Assembly: GCA_965250285.1 (NCBI GenBank)
Contig: OZ252299.1
Location: forward strand, 2,912,001 to 2,976,000
Length of the DNA stretch: 64,000 nt
Reading direction: 5' to 3'
Source of the DNA: Myxococcota bacterium
GTDB taxonomy: Bacteria; Myxococcota_A; UBA9160; UBA4427
The translations under genes and the position numbers were made by a program. Each line of letters opens with the position of its first letter. Positions within the stretch are counted from its first letter, which is position 1. The notes under the pieces were generated by a model. That model worked only from the letters and a program-made list of their open reading frames with translations. It had not been told where the DNA came from and did no database searches. Below, one piece after another: positions 62,507 to 64,000 of the stretch.

Positions 62507-64000
62507 CTGCGCCTTGGCCACGACCGGCGCGTTGGCGTTCCTGCTGGGAGCGGCCGGCGGCGCGTACGCCCAGGACGCGGCCGCGACCGATGCCGAAGTC
62601 GCGATCGAACGCAGCGAGCGCACGGCGGCCCCGGCCGAACCGGATTCGGCAGCGGCACGCACCGCGCTCTACGACGAAGCCAACGCGGTGCGAGACCGCA
62701 TCGAAGCGAACCAGGTCGAGGGCGCGCAGGCGACGCTCGGAGCGCTCGCCGAACGCATCGACACCCTCGCCCGCCTGAGCGACCGAGCCCACGTCGCGAT
62801 CCATCTCGGCCGCAGCGAGATCGAGCTCGGCGATCGCCAGCCAGCCGCCGCGCGCGATCAGAGCCGCCTGCGCGCAGCCCGCCTCTTCGCCCGCGCCGCG
62901 GCCGACGCCGAAGAGTGTGACGATGCCCGCCTCGCCGCCTATGCCTGGGGCTACCTCGCCGAACCCTATCTCGACGCGGGGCGGATGGGCGACGCCCGCG
63001 TCGCCACCGAGCGGGCCATCGAGTACGCCGCCCTCGCGGCCGCCCCGGATGCCGAGTACCGATTTCTCGCTCAGCTGGGGGCGATCTTTCGCCGCGAGGG
63101 CGACCTCGACGCCGCGATCGCGGCCGACCGGCGCGCGGTCGCCATCGTGGCGCGGCTGAGCGAAGACCTCGCGTCCGACTCGTTGGCCGCTTCGTTTGCC
63201 TTCCGCGAGCAGGTCGAGCCGGTGTACACGTCGCTCGTCGACGCCCTGCTCGCGCGCGCGGCCCAGTCGACGCCCGAGACGGCGCAGCCGCTGCTGCGCG
63301 AAGCGCGCGACACGCTCGAAGCGCTGAAGACGGCCGAGCTGCGCGATCACTACGGCGACGACTGCCTGGCTTCGCAGCAGCGCGTCGCGACCGACGATCT
63401 GCCCGGGGCGGTCGTGCTCTACCCGGTGATCCTCCCCGACCGGGTCGAGCTGATCGTCGGGGCGGACGGCGTGCTGAGCCTGCACCGATCGCCGATGCCG
63501 CCCGACGCGCTCGACGCACAGGTGGGCCAGATGCGCCGCTTCGTCGCCTCGGCCATGACCCGCCGCTACCTGCGACCGGCGGCGGCGCTCTACGCCGGGC
63601 TGATCGCCCCCATTGCCGACCGACTCGACGACGCCGACGTGCTCGTGGTCGTGCCCGGTGGCGCGCTGCGGACGATCCCCTTCAGCGCGCTCTACGACGA
63701 AGCCCGCTCGGCGCACTTGATCGAGGACATCGCGGTCGTCACGAGCCCGGGGCTCTCGCTCACCGAGCCGCGCCCCTTCAGCGGCAAGGACACGCCGGTG
63801 CTCGCGGCCGGGCTCAGCGAGGCGCGCCTCGGCTTCAGCGCCCTTCCGAGCGTCGACACCGAGATCGAAGGCATCGCGGCGAGCTTCCCGACCACCGAGC
63901 TGATGAACAGCGCGCTCACCGGCGAGCGGCTCGACGGTGAGGTGGCGAGCCAGGCCGTGGGGGTCGTGCACATCGCGACCCACGCCGAGTTCGACGCCGA
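62487..64000 (+). CDS. Exported TPR + CHAT (caspase HetF associated with TPR) protease, 3' truncated by the window
   Basis: Own translation from ATG 62487 (GAGGA RBS): signal peptide to AYA-Q, TPR-like helices, FREQVEPVY, ALKTAELRDHYGDDC, LYPVILPDR, VVPGGALRTIPFSALYD, VVHIATHAEF (catalytic His). Not in the ORF track because there is no stop in the window. Confidence 0.88.
   Translation, partial: MRLKCSSCALATTGALAFLLGAAGGAYAQDAAATDAEVAIERSERTAAPAEPDSAAARTALYDEANAVRDRIEANQVEGAQATLGALAERIDTLARLSDRAHVAIHLGRSEIELGDRQPAAARDQSRLRAARLFARAAADAEECDDARLAAYAWGYLAEPYLDAGRMGDARVATERAIEYAALAAAPDAEYRFLAQLGAIFRREGDLDAAIAADRRAVAIVARLSEDLASDSLAASFAFREQVEPVYTSLVDALLARAAQSTPETAQPLLREARDTLEALKTAELRDHYGDDCLASQQRVATDDLPGAVVLYPVILPDRVELIVGADGVLSLHRSPMPPDALDAQVGQMRRFVASAMTRRYLRPAAALYAGLIAPIADRLDDADVLVVVPGGALRTIPFSALYDEARSAHLIEDIAVVTSPGLSLTEPRPFSGKDTPVLAAGLSEARLGFSALPSVDTEIEGIAASFPTTELMNSALTGERLDGEVASQAVGVVHIATHAEFDA

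Overview
Very GC-rich bacterial DNA with about 48 genes. The gene content (PEP-CTERM-like motif, TIGR03790-like protein, kinase-FGE fusion, caspase/CHAT proteases, diadenylate cyclase, LRALGY-ending sulfatase) suggests a Myxococcota/deltaproteobacterium-like organism; this is inference only. All family calls come from motif recognition, not database searches. No rRNA, tRNA, CRISPR array, integrase or transposase was found. Layout: (i) 1-4.6 kb is a small accessory region at the 3' end of ettA, with a duplicated and apparently swapped ettA 3' end, a SnoaL::ettA chimeric remnant and a nonsense-interrupted FkbM methyltransferase. (ii) 4.6-49.7 kb is mostly housekeeping, envelope and signalling genes (ettA, lhr, pyrC, psd, MBOAT, dacA, gloA, amtB, recQ and others) with several clear cis-elements. 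(iii) 49.7-64 kb is the most interesting locus. It holds an ECF sigma factor, a double-zinc-finger anti-sigma fused to a DUF928-like domain, a TolB-like/TPR membrane protein, a stand-alone winged-helix regulator, a surface protein with an internal PEP-CTERM signal followed at once by a second signal peptide, a two-partner secretion pair, and an exported TPR-CHAT protease that runs off the window and is missing from the ORF track. A conserved 34-bp motif (GTGATCCGATT-N9-TCA-S-CGATCCATCC) precedes both the anti-sigma gene and the wHTH gene. This points to a candidate TPS/CHAT-protease/anti-sigma trans-envelope signalling system.
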